From the NCBI GenBank assembly GCA_010356995.1, contig ML996711.1, positions 260,518 to 317,611 of the forward strand: a DNA stretch of 57,094 nucleotides, in the 5' to 3' direction. The notes under the pieces were generated by a model, which was not told the DNA's origin, did no database searches, and saw only the letters and a program-made list of their open reading frames with translations. Position numbers and translations under genes: made by a program. This document shows, piece by piece, positions 1 to 13,346 of the stretch (position 1 is its first letter; each line of letters starts with the position of its first letter). Source of the DNA: Trichodelitschia bisporula (lineage: Eukaryota).

Positions 1-1464
1 TGTCCACATCCGCGCGGACGTACCGTACTTCTGATGTGAGCAAGGCTCGTACACAGGCAATAATATCTGTGTACGTCCGTAAACTGAAGATTGAAGTAGA
101 AGACGAGGGAGGAAGAAAGACTGTAACTCTCGAGATTTAAATACAAGATGGCAAGTTCCTCCTTTGCTCTTTCCTACTACTATGCTCGCATTACATTATA
201 TGCTCCTTCCTGACATAACAAAATCCTCCTTCCATGCCCACGTCAACTTCCATGCTAGAACCACCCTCCCCTACCGCGCCGCAGGGAAGAAGTCGTGATG
301 CTCATGCAACAACATGCGATGCAAAGCACTCCTCCCGCATCCACGCCGTGCCTCAAACCCGGTTCCCGGATTTCCACGAACCCCTCGGCCCTACGGTAGT
401 TCTAGTAGCGTGGTCAGCGAAACGGCACAGTCGCGCATGATCCTGGATGAGAAGCCGGGGACTACGGGTTAGGCGCACGGCACGGACGGCGGAGGGTGCC
501 CCCGGTAGCTGGTGAAATGATATCGATCGCGGAGGTGGCGGAAGGTTAAAGTGACCTCCGGTAAAGACTCCGGCAGTTGATTGTTGTACATGTCCTTTGG
601 TCTGCTTATGATCGTGGGTTTTCCGAGGGCGGCTGTATGATCTGGGAAAGCTGATGGTGAATAGCGGAGGTCTTGGGAGGCTGGGAGACAAATATTGTCG
701 AACCTGGGTGCCTTCAGCCACACCCTACTCACGTTATCATCAGTGTCAGAAGTGAATATCAACGTCTGTACGGAGATATATATTGGATTTCAAGGGACAA
801 AAGATCCAAAATTTCACCCCCATACACTAGGGTACAGATAAAAGGAAAAACAGCCGAGGTAGGCGCCTGCTGGGGGTTGAACCCATGAACAGTCATCTCT
901 ATCTTCCCAATATCAAGGTGAGTCTCCTCTCTCGATGCGAATCACCCCCTTAGCTCCCGCTCAACCCCACAACGCCCGCGCTATAGTAAAGTCCAAGCAG
1001 AAAAATCTATGGATGTAAAGCCAGAGATACTTAGAAAAGAACCCCGCAAAGTGATCACCCTCATGCGTCGCAACCAAAAAGGGAAGCGCCACCAATATCC
1101 CCACCCCAGACTCCAGAGCCTTACCCCGCTCCGGAAGCGCTCACCTTCAGCCGCAAAGCAATGCAGCAATTGCGCACTTCCCTCCCTCCCGCTGCCGCTG
1201 CCGCTGTGTCCATGATCCACTGCCTTCCTCTTTACCCCCCGATCCCCCAGACATTCCACCCGCGTACCTGCTTTTCGTTTCTGTCCACTCACCTTCCCGT
1301 CCCTCTCATCGCATACCCACTCCCCTCCTCGCACTTCCCGCCCTCCCCTCTCCCCACTCGTTCCACCCTCTCACTCTCACGCAACCTCACCCTCCCCGCT
1401 TCCCCCTTCACTCCCTCTCTCTCTCAACCAGTCCCACTCACCACCTTTCCCCTCTCCAGCCTCC

Positions 1465-3268
1465 CTACCTCGAAGGCTCATTCGTCAAAACCGCCAACTG
1501 CCCTGACACAAAGATCCCCAACACAACACACCCAATCATAGCAATAGCAATCTCGCCAAAATTGTACCCAAACCGCACACTCGCCCAACACACCAACCCC
1601 GCCCACTGAAGGACCATGCCAATCAACAGCCCCCGAATAAGCTTGGAATGCGCGTCCCCATGAACAAAGACGCAAACCATCAACCACCCCACCAGTACCA
1701 ACAGCGCAAGGACAGCGCACCATAACAGCACACATCGATTCGCCTTCGCCCTTACCTCACACGCAGCCTTCTCCTCGTCCGACTCAAGATCCTCACTCGC
1801 GCGTGTGCCCGTCCGCTTCGAGCCAGCGGAGTCAGCGTACGTCGGTGGCAGCGCAGTGGTGCTCTTCTCCGCCGGCTGTCTCTCAGGCTCGATAACGTCC
1901 ACAGCGTCGCCATCCACGGCCTTGCCAGGAGCGTGGTTGGGGGCATTGTCATGAGAGAGGCCGTTGGAGTTGAGCCCGTTGAGCTCAGGTCCATAGATCT
2001 CGGCCCGGACAGGCCCTCCCACACTCCCCTCGCGCAGCGTCACATCCGCGCTCGGCCCATCCACGCCCGGCCACTCACGACTTGCGGGAACTAGCCCATG
2101 CGAGGGAAGTGCGGCATCGCCCTCTCCGTAGGGAACAAGGCGGCTCGGTCCCAGCTCATCAGCATCAAAGCCACTTGACCCCGGCCCATCGCGGCTGCGG
2201 GAGATGACAAGCTCTCCAGGATCAAACGGCGTTGTGTCACGCTGTGCGCCCCTCACAGGAGCGCTCCATCTCGATCCTGTCGACACCGGCCGTCCGCGAG
2301 TGCTCGGCTCGCTGGGAACATAGGCCGAGCTGGCCGGGATAGGGTTCTGGAAAGTGTAAAAGGCGAGCGAGTTGGTGGAGCCTCGCACTTCGTTACCGGG
2401 GACGGATACGGATGCGCCGGAGACGCTGGCGTCGCTGCGTGCGCCTGTTGTGGCGGCCGTCTGGCGCGATGCCGTTGACGCCGGTCGATCGCGCGTGCTA
2501 GGCTCACTTGGAACATAGGCTGAGCTGGCCGGGATAGGGTCCTGGAAAGTGCAAAAGGCGAGCGAGTCGGTGGAGCCTCGCACTTCGTTGCCGGGGACGG
2601 ATACGGATGGGCCGGAGACGCTGGCGTCGCTCCGTGCGCCGGTTGGGGCGGCCGTCTGGCGCGATGCCGTTGACGCCGATCGATCGCGCGTGCTAGGCTC
2701 ACTTGGAACATAGGCCGAGCTGGCCGGGATAGGGTCCTGGAAAGTGCAAAAGCCGAGCGAGTCGGTGGAGCCTCGCACTCCGTTGCCGGGAACGGATACG
2801 GATGCAGTGGAGACGCTGGCGTCGCTGCGTGCGCCGGTCGTGGCAGCTGTCTGACGTGATGCTGCAGTCTGGCGGGATGTCGTCGACACCGGCCGTCCAC
2901 GCGTGCTTGGCTCGCTGGGATCGTAGGCTGAACTAGGCGGGATCGAGCCGCGGAAGTTGTGGAAGGGGAGCGAGTCGGTGGAGCCGCTGACTTCATTGCC
3001 GGTGAGGGATGCGGCGGGTGTGGAGACGTTGGCGTCGCTGCTGCTGTCGCACCACACAGTCGCGCCGTACGAGCTAGTCAAGGTACTCGCGGGGACAGGG
3101 TGTGGAACGCATGTGCCGCATTCCGTATAAAGCACTGTGTGCGAGGCATGGTTCTCGTCTGTTGTGGGGTCGAAAATCGCTGAAGGCGCCGTAATGACTA
3201 GAGCATTAGGAGTGTATCCACGTATGGGAAGACTTACCCGTATTGCTGTTGCGGCGGGGAGTCGACAT
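1465..3268 (-). CDS. Hypothetical membrane protein: Ser/Thr/Pro-rich N-terminus with about four 65-aa repeats and three C-terminal hydrophobic helices
   Basis: 556-codon ORF 1465..3135 begins at GTG. An upstream mini-exon (ATG 3268..3238, MSTPRRNSNT) ends at a GTAAGT donor and splices in frame to either acceptor at 3198 or 3180 (branch CTAAT). Hydrophobic segments CVLLWCAVLALLVLVGWLMVCVFV, LLIGMVLQWAGLVCWASV, IAIAMIGCVVLGIFVSGQLAVL. Confidence 0.65.
2270..3045 (-). repeat. Coding tandem repeat, 195 bp (65 aa) unit, about 4 copies
   Basis: Anchor cgagtyggtggagcc recurs at 2368, 2563, 2758 (195-bp spacing) and 2971 (213 = 195 + an 18-bp SRQTAA duplication). Confidence 0.95.
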
Positions 3269-6200
3269 GTTTACGAGAGACGGACGGGTAAGTGGCTTTA
3301 GAGTTTAAAGGGCGAGAAAAAATGTGTGGTGGTTGCGTGGGGGACGGCGGAAAGAGGCGTCGGATGTAGATATATATGATGGGCAGCGCTTTCACCTGAG
3401 GTGGCTGCTTATCCCTCTCGGCTTCTGTCCGATGATTATCCACCAGAGTCGGCTACACAGGCCGTTGTTTCAGGGTGGCGCAGTCCGCCATGGACCAGCT
3501 GCATCGACGCTGGAACCCAATCCGCCTCAACGAGACAGCCCTAGCCCAGTAGTAGGCCTACGAAAGGCGACCAGATTCCATGACTACTCCTAACAGGAAA
3601 TTATTTGCACGAAGGAATGGAGCAACATCCCCAGGTAAGCTGTCGGGAAGCGAGCTTACGGAGGAAACGTATGCTGAAAGACGCTCGCCACGTCTTCCGG
3701 CACTTGCTTGAGCCTCCTCCCCCCACGGCCAGCGCACCAAACTTCGCCAACCTTTTCAGGATCGGAACATTTCAGAAAGCGCGGCGGCACATGTTCCTCA
3801 CGGAGTGCCAAAGCCGAGCACGCTCGCCGATGCTGACGACGCCTGTAACAACGGAGAGAGTGCTTCTTCCGTCCAAAGAGTTTGGCTGAATCGCAACAAA
3901 AGTGAGGATCCGCTAAGCTGACGGACGGTGGGCTCAGCGTGCCCGAGCAATGCGTTATTTTCTGTCCCACTGGGGCCTCGTAGAGCTCGGGCAAGGCAGT
4001 TCGCGACCTGGGCAAGGTATGGCAAGGCTAACGCATGTGAAAGACCCCCCACGCGACCTCAGGGGAAAGGAGAAAGGCCAGTGATCAGCTTTCGGACTGC
4101 GGCTCCTGAGAAACACTGGATCTTCCATTTTATTCCAGAACCTTTTCAGTATCCAGTAGTCCACGCAGGCTGAAGACATCACTAGATACGGATGGCGGGG
4201 CAGAACATGACTGAGCATCCCAGCTCACCAAACCCAGTTCCACGAGCTCCAATTTTTAGGCGCCATCCAGCTCCGAGCGAAAGGCTGCGGCGTGAGACCT
4301 GACAAAAGCAATCATGCAACGCATTCCAACCCAGTAAACGTCGACCGTTGGGCGTGAACAGTGGACCACGACTCGCGGAGTTGACTGCGTACTGAGCCTG
4401 CGAGGAACCACCAGTTTCTGGTTGGACTCTGTCTCAACACCCCACAGCCAAATGGCGCGATTTTTTCGTAATTGTAAATGCCCCACGGCCAGCCTCACTT
4501 ATCGTCGGTTCTGTTCAGCATGAAGGTTTAGTTAAGTGACCTGTGTAACCGGGACTGGAGAGCAAAAGAACGAAATTTCGGTCTGTTAGTCTCTCCCAAG
4601 AGTGAGGCGGGCCAGTCGTTCGAAATTACATCGTGATGGTTGGCTGAAAGGTAGTCAGCAATCAGTCGGAGATACGTGGAGGAGGGGTAGTAACCTCCGC
4701 CGGCCCCATCTCTTCACGTCCTAGCTTCTGACCTAAGATGCTCCGTGAATCCTGCGGCCTCCCGATGCTCCGGTGGCAAAGACCACAAGTTACAACTATC
4801 GAAGGTGGCCAAAGGCTTTATGCACTGTGTGCGCTGATGAAGAGAATTGAAAGCTCGCCACGAATATGGCGAGCTGCATCGACTGGCTTTCGTTCGAAAA
4901 CCTGGTTCGTCCAGTTGCGACTTGGGTAGCTGCAGCTTGATAAGGCTCGCGTTCTGCAGGATGAATTCTCCAGGAATGCCGGCTGCCAGTGACGGATGAG
5001 GTAGAGCGGTGTCGCCTGTCGATGCGGCCTAGGGGCCATCGGAAAATTCGTGGCCGTCCTCACTGGAAGTATTGCGGACGGGGGCGGCTACAACATTTTC
5101 GGGTGACCCTAGAAGCCTCATGTGCTGTTGATGCAAGTTGGTTGGAAGTCGATCGGCCCGCTTCACAATGTGATGTCCTGCATGGCTGTCATTATCTGAA
5201 CTTCTTCAGACATGTCAAGGCGAGGAAAGCATGTGAGCCAGAGTGTCGACTTTCTCCCGCGTCCAAGCAGATAATAACGTGCTCCAGGGTTCGTAATCGT
5301 CAAAAGTAGGACCAACGATGTCATTCCTTTCGTCTCAGTCAATATGCGGAGTTGACGCATGAATCAGAGACTGGCCTGACGTACGAATCTGAGATTGGCT
5401 CAACGTGCAGAAAGTGTCCAGGGAATGGTGACGCCCTCAAGGTCGTGACCACTGAACCCAAACCCGGGTTCATCGGTCGAACCACAATCGTTGAGTCAAC
5501 GGGTCTGTATTGTCCAAAGGAGAACTTGGCTTCTCGACGGAGCGGTTGGCCACGGTTTTAGTTGATCGGCCGATTTCTGGTCCAGCTGGCCGCCTATGGA
5601 CTCTGAAGGGACGGATATGCAACTGGCCTCTCGGAGGAGCAGTTGACCGCATTCCCAAAGGATCGTTTGATTTCCAGTCCAGTTGACCTCCTATGGACTC
5701 TCAAAGGACAGATATGCACCAGCAGGCGAGCCAGGGATCGAGGCGGAGGACCGGGAGGCCGTCAGCGTCTGGCGTCGTACCTAAGGAGGACATCTCAGCT
5801 CAGAGGACCATAGTAATCATGGGAAGAAACAAGTGCCGTCGACAAGATGGTCGAAGGAAGTCGATCGAACCCACGATGATGGCATGTCGTCGGTGGATCC
5901 GGCGGCATTCGGCCCGAATAGGCACCAACGCCGCTCCTCATTTGCGGACATCATGTGGCAAAACTCGGCGACGAGATATCTGAGTGGACGAATGTCGGAT
6001 GAATGTGCGGCATCTGTTCGAGTCGCGATCGTGGTGGTAAGTCGAAGGAGATTGGTCGCAGTTTGTGCGATGCCGGCCGTTTGCTCGGGTCCGATGGAAG
6101 GTGTGTCGACGATGGGAGGATCTTTCACCTGTGTCTGGAGGGTCGCAATCAGGTTCTACTCTTCAAGCAGTATACAGGAGAGGTCGTCAAGGAACGGGAC

Positions 6201-8620
6201 GTTGTCAAGATGATGAAAAGCGAAGATGCGGAGTGGTTTGTCAGACGGTCTCGGGGTAACCGCAGCCGTAAGCGGCATTCGCGACTTCCTGGTCAGTTCT
6301 CCGTAATCAGTCCGCCATAAAAGCAGCAACCATCCGGGTAAATCGTCAAGCGGTTTGAAAATCTGTGGAGATATTATAAGAGCAAACGCGTGTGGGACGC
6401 CCAGAATTTAAATCGAGGCGGAATTCCGAGGAGACGTGTGATGAACTGGCTGGCTTGTGATCGACTGCGCCATCACCACAATCAGTACCGCCTTGCAATG
6501 TTGGTCGAAGCCCAACAACAGCACGCCCAAAAGGCATTGCGATTCATATATTCAGGGCGTCAATCTTTGCCCGCTTTTGCAGAGAACTGCGTTCGCCCGT
6601 ACAAGGCGAAACTGAAAGTTGTTGCCTCTCAGATTCACAAATTCCAATGGGTGCGCCGTAGGAACTTCAACCGATGGGCCACTCTGGAGACAAGCTCCGG
6701 TGACTTCATCTACTTGTTTCCGTTCCTCAGGGCAGGCATGAGGATCGAGCCTTTATTTCCCTTCGCCGTGAAACGGAGCTCACCTGCATGTTACCGGTAC
6801 GACCGCCTCGCATTTCACAGCAAGTCCGATTGGGGCAGCATATTCGGCTCTGCGCAACTGCTATGGACCAGCACTGGTCTCTACGGAGTACAGCTCCGCC
6901 AACATCAGACCTCAATAGCCCTCACTCCAGATGCTTAACGTCCTTCTAGTTCTTTCCGTTGTCAATCACTTCCTCTAGTGGAGGCCCGGCCCGCCGCAGA
7001 CGCCAGTTGTCCTGGGACTTTGCCAACCAGTACTTACAGAGGAGGCATAAAAACAAGTTTGTCTCGGCAGCAAACCTACTTTTTCTGACGATGAATCAGC
7101 TTTGTTAGACCTAGATGTCCTGGCCAAAAGTGAGCTGTTTGAACTGGCATTTGAATACTCCCCGACCCGCTAGCACTACCTTCGGAAAGCTGCCAACACC
7201 GGGCTGGTTTGGTACACATAACACGGCATTCCGAAAGGCCATCCGAAATAAGCGTGGCCAACCTGCCTAGACGTCTTTGTGGGCGGAGCGGCCAACCTTT
7301 TTGTGTGCCCTTATGGTTCAGTCCCAAGCATATCTTTGACCGGACCGATGACTCCAGCTCTAAGTAGTACTGTGCTCACCAATCTGGATTACAGATGCAC
7401 AGCCGTCGGATCCAGGGCGTCGGGTGGCTTTGGAATTGGATACTTGCTTCCGACGTCGGCATTACGAAGTGGCCGGTCGGGCCGATGGGACACCGGAATT
7501 GGATTGACATCGCTGACCGGCATCGGAACCACTCTGCAGAATCAGCTTCGCTCTCCGTCGAGGCCGCTGACCGGTTTGGACTTCACCTTACCCGGTCGGC
7601 CACTCGTCAATGAAAGAGAGGCGCCAGTCGGGTACGGTACGATCAAGATGGGTCCGACCCGTTAGCTAAACGGATGAGACTCACCTCACCATGTCAGTCC
7701 TTTCACGATTGATTTCGCTACCATTCAATCTTCGTTTACCGAGCCATCTTGCCGGCAGAGAGTCAGAATACGGCGGCCCATGAACTTCCAGGTGTAAAGC
7801 TGGCAGCGACACTACCCGTAAAGAGCACGGTCGGCATCGCACTCGGAGACAGGTCCGGACCATCACTTACACGAAAGCCGTCTCCGTGCCCGACTGCCAC
7901 GAGTGATCTCGGCTGTAAGCATCCGCATCGCAGCCGGGCGCCTAGCCCTTTACGCCTCGTGTTTGACAATATCTCCAAAGGATCATCCTTGCGACGAGCC
8001 AAAGGCACGATAGTGGCGACCACTGGTAAAGGACGAGAAAGTGATTGGCCAAGTCAATTCCGGGTCAATTAGCGATTGATTGCTAGCAGAAAGTCCAGCA
8101 CTGAGACGGAGAGACCCGAAGCTTAAAAGCGGAGAGAGTGGAAGCGGAGCAGCAAGCGGGACGAGCCTTGATCTCACGATACCACCGGCCACGGTATCCG
8201 CGTCTTGATCGATTGATGCACACCAGACTCCCCATCACGACTCCTCCCATCTCTCAACTCCCTCGCCCACGTGCCCTCCTCCCCATCTCACCACCCCCCC
8301 AATCACGTGCACTTAATTCCGCAACAATATGGCTTGAAACAGCGATATTGTTTCCCCGCCCACACCCCCCCTCCCCCACCGCCGCAAACCGGGCTGGCGC
8401 GCCCGCACCGCCCTCCCCGCGCCCACCCAGCACCTCCAATCTTCGCGCAATAACGGCTCTTATATGGTACGCGTGGAGCTACATATCAGCGTCTTAGCCC
8501 ACCATAAACATGGTGCACGGAGAGGGCAATCTGCGCGCATAGACAGCATTACTTGAACCCGCCACCCGCTCCCCATCTCCCGGGGCCGCACCCTCCCCCA
8601 AACACACCCCAAAACTCACA

Positions 8621-8981
8621 ATGCACACCCCCCTCCTCCTCACCCTCCTCGCCCTCTGGGCCCTGCACGCGCTCGCTATCCCCCAACGCCCAGTCCCCAA
8701 CTTCTCCCAGCGGTGCGTTAACTACGGCGTCACCATCAACGACGGCGGCGGCGCCTGCCACAGCGGGTACATCCAGGTGTGCGACAAGGAGGGGAACGCC
8801 TGCACGCCGGCGAATAGGCGCGAGTGCGGCGTGCGCACACCGTGCTATAATACCACGGCGCCGGATGGGAGTTTGACGGCGAATTGCTGCCAGTTTGGGT
8901 GAGTTGCGTTCCTGTGTGTGTGGGGGAGGGGTGGGGCTGATTTTTGGGGGTAGGTCGACGGAGCAGCCGTGTATGTGTTGA
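8621..8981 (+). CDS. Small secreted cysteine-rich protein (101 aa, 10 Cys), effector/antimicrobial-like
   Basis: Signal peptide MHTPLLLTLLALWALHALA. Exon 1 8621..8898, intron GTGAGT...GCTGAT...TAG 8899..8953, exon 2 8954..8981 adds STEQPCMC then TGA. Confidence 0.85.
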
Positions 8982-10512
8982 GCTAGGGGGCGGGGCGTAG
9001 TTGGAATTGAGATGCTGGTCTGAGATGATGTGGCGAGACGGTGCATGTGCCTGCTATCGCCCTCATGTGCTTCTTGCCACGCCGCATTGAAAATTGCACG
9101 ACATCCGCATCCTCCCCATCCCCGGTCGCGATAAGAACCAGTCCGTGCCACCCGAAATACACAATCCTCCGGAATGCGTATTTCGGTCCTAGCCAAGCCC
9201 ACAGAACAGCAGTTCAGTACCGCCCTGCGTGATCGTGCCTGATCCACAGTTCTGCGTGATCGTACCTAATCCTTCCTGATCCTGCGTCCCTGGATGGCGT
9301 AACCCGGGCCCCGGGGAAGAGAGGAGGGGAGAGAGCACGACGCGTGCTATTAATGGCAGGATCGCACCCCCGAAAAGGCATCTGCCCGCAACGACCAGGC
9401 AACCGGCTATTTACTTCGAAGATCATTAATCCCCCTTCGGCCAACGCCCCAGTGCGGCGAGGCGGCTTGCCCGGCATAAGCTTTGTCTTTGCGTGAACGG
9501 CCGGGGATGAGCGCGCGGTCGCGAGATGCCGCTTCGGGAAGGTGGGACACGATGATGAATGCGTGGGTGAGGCATCATGCGCGCAGTAGGTGCGAATGCG
9601 CGATGCGCAACGGTGCCGCATGAAGTGCGTATGCGGCGGGAAAAAAACCTCTGGTGCATGAAGTGGTGCTGCGGGAGGAAGTGGGGATGAAGTCGATGGT
9701 GGCGCCCGCCGCGCTGCCGCGGTGCCTGACACGCGGCGCTTGTGCCTGAATGCTTCGACCCACTTCATCGCGCCAACGGCGCAGGCACACCTAACCCACT
9801 CGTATTCCATTCCACGTGCCGGGACGACGACGCACCACCAAAGACGCTCCTAAGGGCCCATTCAAGCAAACACTCAAGCAAACATCCAAAGGAACTAGAA
9901 CCAAACCAAAGCACCCCGCCCTCGCCCTAACCATATTCCGCGCCTCACCCACGAGGAGAACTCCTAGACCTCAAAGAGGCAGATAACAGATAGAAGCCGA
10001 TCCGCCGAATATGGCAGCACCTCGAAATGCCCCGGGATGAACCCCCCCGTCACCCGTTATCAACGGCCGCTAAATATGGCACCTCTCCTCCGCTGCGATC
10101 GCCAGGGCCAGGCACGGAGATGGGGTGCCCCCATCAGCGCAACGCATCAGATGCACCCATCCACGTCGGGCTACACAGGCCACGCTCCTCCCCAATCCAC
10201 CTCCGACTCCCCGATCCCGCCCCGCACACCAGTCCACAAGCGGCAGCCCGGCTCCCGCTTGGTGGGATAATGCGCGGCGAGGCCCAATCTACTTGCCACA
10301 GGGCATGCTGGCCCGGGCCAAGGCGAGGATTGCTTATCGGCGCAAGGCTGCTGGCCCAGCTCCCCGGCGGAGAAGGTGCGACTGCCGGCAAAGGCAATCA
10401 CCTAGATTGCGTGCGGCCAGGCGCTGTTCACGAGCTCTGGTCGGGGTGGCTATAAGCCCCGCGCATCCCCCGCGGAGTAAGGAGGGCCAGCGACCAGCGC
10501 CACCACACCACG

Positions 10513-13144
10513 ATGAATCGCTTCAACCACGGAGACCAGGGCGGCGACCCCGCCCGCGAAAAAGCGCACGCGACAGGCGTGAGTGCGCACGACGTTGACG
10601 CCACACAGGTCGAGCGGGACATTGCGCACCTCGCGGCGCTGGGGGAGTGGGACCCCAACATGGACAACGAGAAACTGAAAGTGATCGAAGAGACCATCGC
10701 GGACCACGACATCGAAGCCGAGCTCGCGCTTGAACACGAATTGGAGGAGAACTCGCCATATCCTGAGGTTGTGGCTGCGGTGAGCAATGTGGATGATCCG
10801 AGTTTGCCGGCGAATACGGTGCGGGCGTGGATTCTGGGGATGACGTTTGTGACGATTGGGTCCGGGTTGAACATGTTGTTCAGCTTGCGGCAGCCGACGA
10901 TTAGTCTGGGGAGTATTGTCGCGCAACTGTGTGCGTACCCGGTGGGCATGTTCATGGCGAAGGCGCTGCCGACGCGCAAGTTCAGCTTCTTTGGTATTCC
11001 GTGGACGTTCAACCCAGGCCCGTTCAACAAGAAGGAGCACACCCTCATCACCATCATGGCGAATGTGTCCTTCGCCGGCGGCGCGGCGTACAGCACCTAC
11101 ACGGTGGAGGCGATGCGTGGCTTCGTGAGTCCCCCGCCTGTGGAGCAAACGAGGCAGCTAACCGGCGCAGTACAAAATTGACTGGGGCTTCGGGTTTGCC
11201 ATCATGTTCACGCTGGTGACACAAATGCTAGGTCTCGGTCTCGCTGGCGTGAGCCCCCCCCTTCCCCCCCCCATCCCTTGTCCAACCCTCAGACTAACCA
11301 CCCGTACAGCTCTTCCGCCGCTTCCTCGTCGAACCCCCCGCCATGATCTGGCCCGCCATCCTGCCCAACTGCGCCCTCTTCAACACTTTGCACGACGTCG
11401 AAGACAACGACCCCACGCAAACAAACGGCTGGGTCGTGCCTCGGTTCCGCTTCTTCCTCATCGTCCTGGGAGCCGGCTTCATCTGGTACTGGTTCCCCGG
11501 GTACCTGTTTCAGGCCCTCAGCGTCTTCGCCTGGGTGACATGGATCAAGCCGAACAACGTGCTGGTGAACCAACTCTTTGGCGGCTTCACGGGGCTCTCC
11601 CTCGCGCCACCCTTCACCGTGTTCACGCTGGACTGGACTATGATCGCGAGTTATACTGGGAGTCCGCTCATGAGCCCTTGGCACGCAATCGCGAACTGCA
11701 TGATCGGCGTCGTAGTCTTCACCTGGATCGTCACCGGCGCAATCCACTACTCCGGCAACTGGTACAGCGACTACCTGCCGCTCTCCGACTCGCTGTCCTA
11801 CGACAACACAGCCGGACCCTACAAAGTCGCCAACATCCTAACGCCGCAGTACACGCTCGACCTGCAGAAGTACAAGGAATACTCTCCGATCTACCTCTCC
11901 ACGACCTTCGCGCTGCAGTACGGTCTTTCCTTCGCGACTATCATCGCCGTGGTCGTCCACACGGCCCTCTACCATGGGAAGGACATCTGGACGCGGTTCC
12001 GCACGGCGCGCACCGAGCCGCGGGATATTCATGGCAGGTTGATGATGGCGTACAAGGGCGTGCCGCAGTGGTGGTTCATGGCCATGTTCGCCGTCATGAT
12101 AGGCCTGGGTTTCGCATCCGTCCTGGCCTGGGACACGAAGCTGCCGTGGTGGGGCTTCGTGCTCGCCGTCTTCATCAGCGCAGCCTGGATGGTGCCGATC
12201 GGGATGATCATGGCGATCACGAACGTCGCCATCGGGCTGAACGTCTTCACCGGTAATGCCTCCCCCATCCCCTCCCCAACAACCCCCCTAACCCAAACAC
12301 AGAGTACATAATCAGCTACATCCTCCCCGGCCGCCCCATCGCAATGATGGCCTTCAAAACCCTCGGCTACATAACCATGTCCCAAGGCCTAACCTACGCC
12401 ATGGACCTCAAAATGGGCTACTACATGAAAGTCCCCCCCCGCACCCTCTTCTGGGGCCAGCTCGTCGCCAGCGCATGGTCATGTTTCGTCCAAGTCGGCG
12501 TATTGCAATGGGCCTTCGCCAACATCCCCGACATATGCACCCGCACCCAAGCCTCAAAATTCACATGCCCGAACGGACGCGTCTTCTTCAACGCAAGCGT
12601 AATATGGGGCGTCATCGGGCCACAGCGCATGTTCGCGACCGACGGGACAAGCGTGTACGGCGTGCTGCAGTGGTTCTGGCTCGTGGGCTTCCTGATGCCG
12701 CTCGCGTTCTACTTCCTCGCGAAGCGCTTCCCCCGCAGTCCCCTCAAATATCTCAACGCGCCAGTCATCCTCGGCGGCACAGGCAACATTCCCCCCGCAG
12801 TACCCATGAACTACCTAATGTGGGGTCTGGTGGGGTATATTTTCAACAAGCACATCCGGAGCCGGTATCGCGGGTGGTGGCTGCGGTACAATTACATTCT
12901 GTCCGCGGCGCTGGATGCGGGACTCGCTCTGGCGACGATTCTCATCTTCTTTACTATTACCATGACCAAGACTCCCGCGCCCAAGTGGTGGGGGAATAAT
13001 GTTGTCGAGAGCACCATGGTACGTCTCTGTCTCCCAATTCGCCCTTTCGAGCTCCGCTAATAGACGCAGGATAACCAGGGCACCGCCGTGCGCAAGGTCC
13101 TCGAGAAGGGCCAGATCTTCGGGCCGCCGCCGGGGTCGTGGTAG
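10513..13144 (+). CDS. OPT-family oligopeptide transporter (Isp4/OPT-like), 807 aa, 5 exons
   Basis: Motifs EENSPYPEV, NPGPFNKKEH, KMGYYMKVPPR. Exons 10513-11124, 11171-11248, 11310-12252, 12303-13018, 13070-13144 join in frame through GT-AG introns. Confidence 0.96.
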
Positions 13145-13346
13145 ATGTTGGGCTATTGGGGCGTAATTGTTTAATTCCTCGCTGGATCGGGTGTAAATTT
13201 GTAGGTAGATTGGATTTCTCTGTACGCAACTGTAAATACCGTCGCTGTCCGAGCTCTGTAACACATCTCTAACATCTCCTTCTAACATGCAACGTACATC
13301 ATGCTACAATTCAGAGTCCCTTCCTCACGATAACGAGCTGGACAAT

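Noticed and set aside
3..140. Open + frame from the window edge ending KLKIEVEDEGGRKTVTLEI*, possible gene 3' end
   Set aside because: Only 45 codons, no motif, upstream context missing.
885..1215. GTGAGT donor and nearby acceptors suggesting a small spliced + strand gene
   Set aside because: The joins I tried give immediate or upstream stops; no coherent product.
4555..4590. Hammerhead-like CTGGAGAG...CGAAA...GTC
   Set aside because: Invariant CUGA core is CUGG, and stems I and II do not form.
6390..6938. 182-aa + strand ORF
   Set aside because: GTG start, no recognisable domain or splice support.
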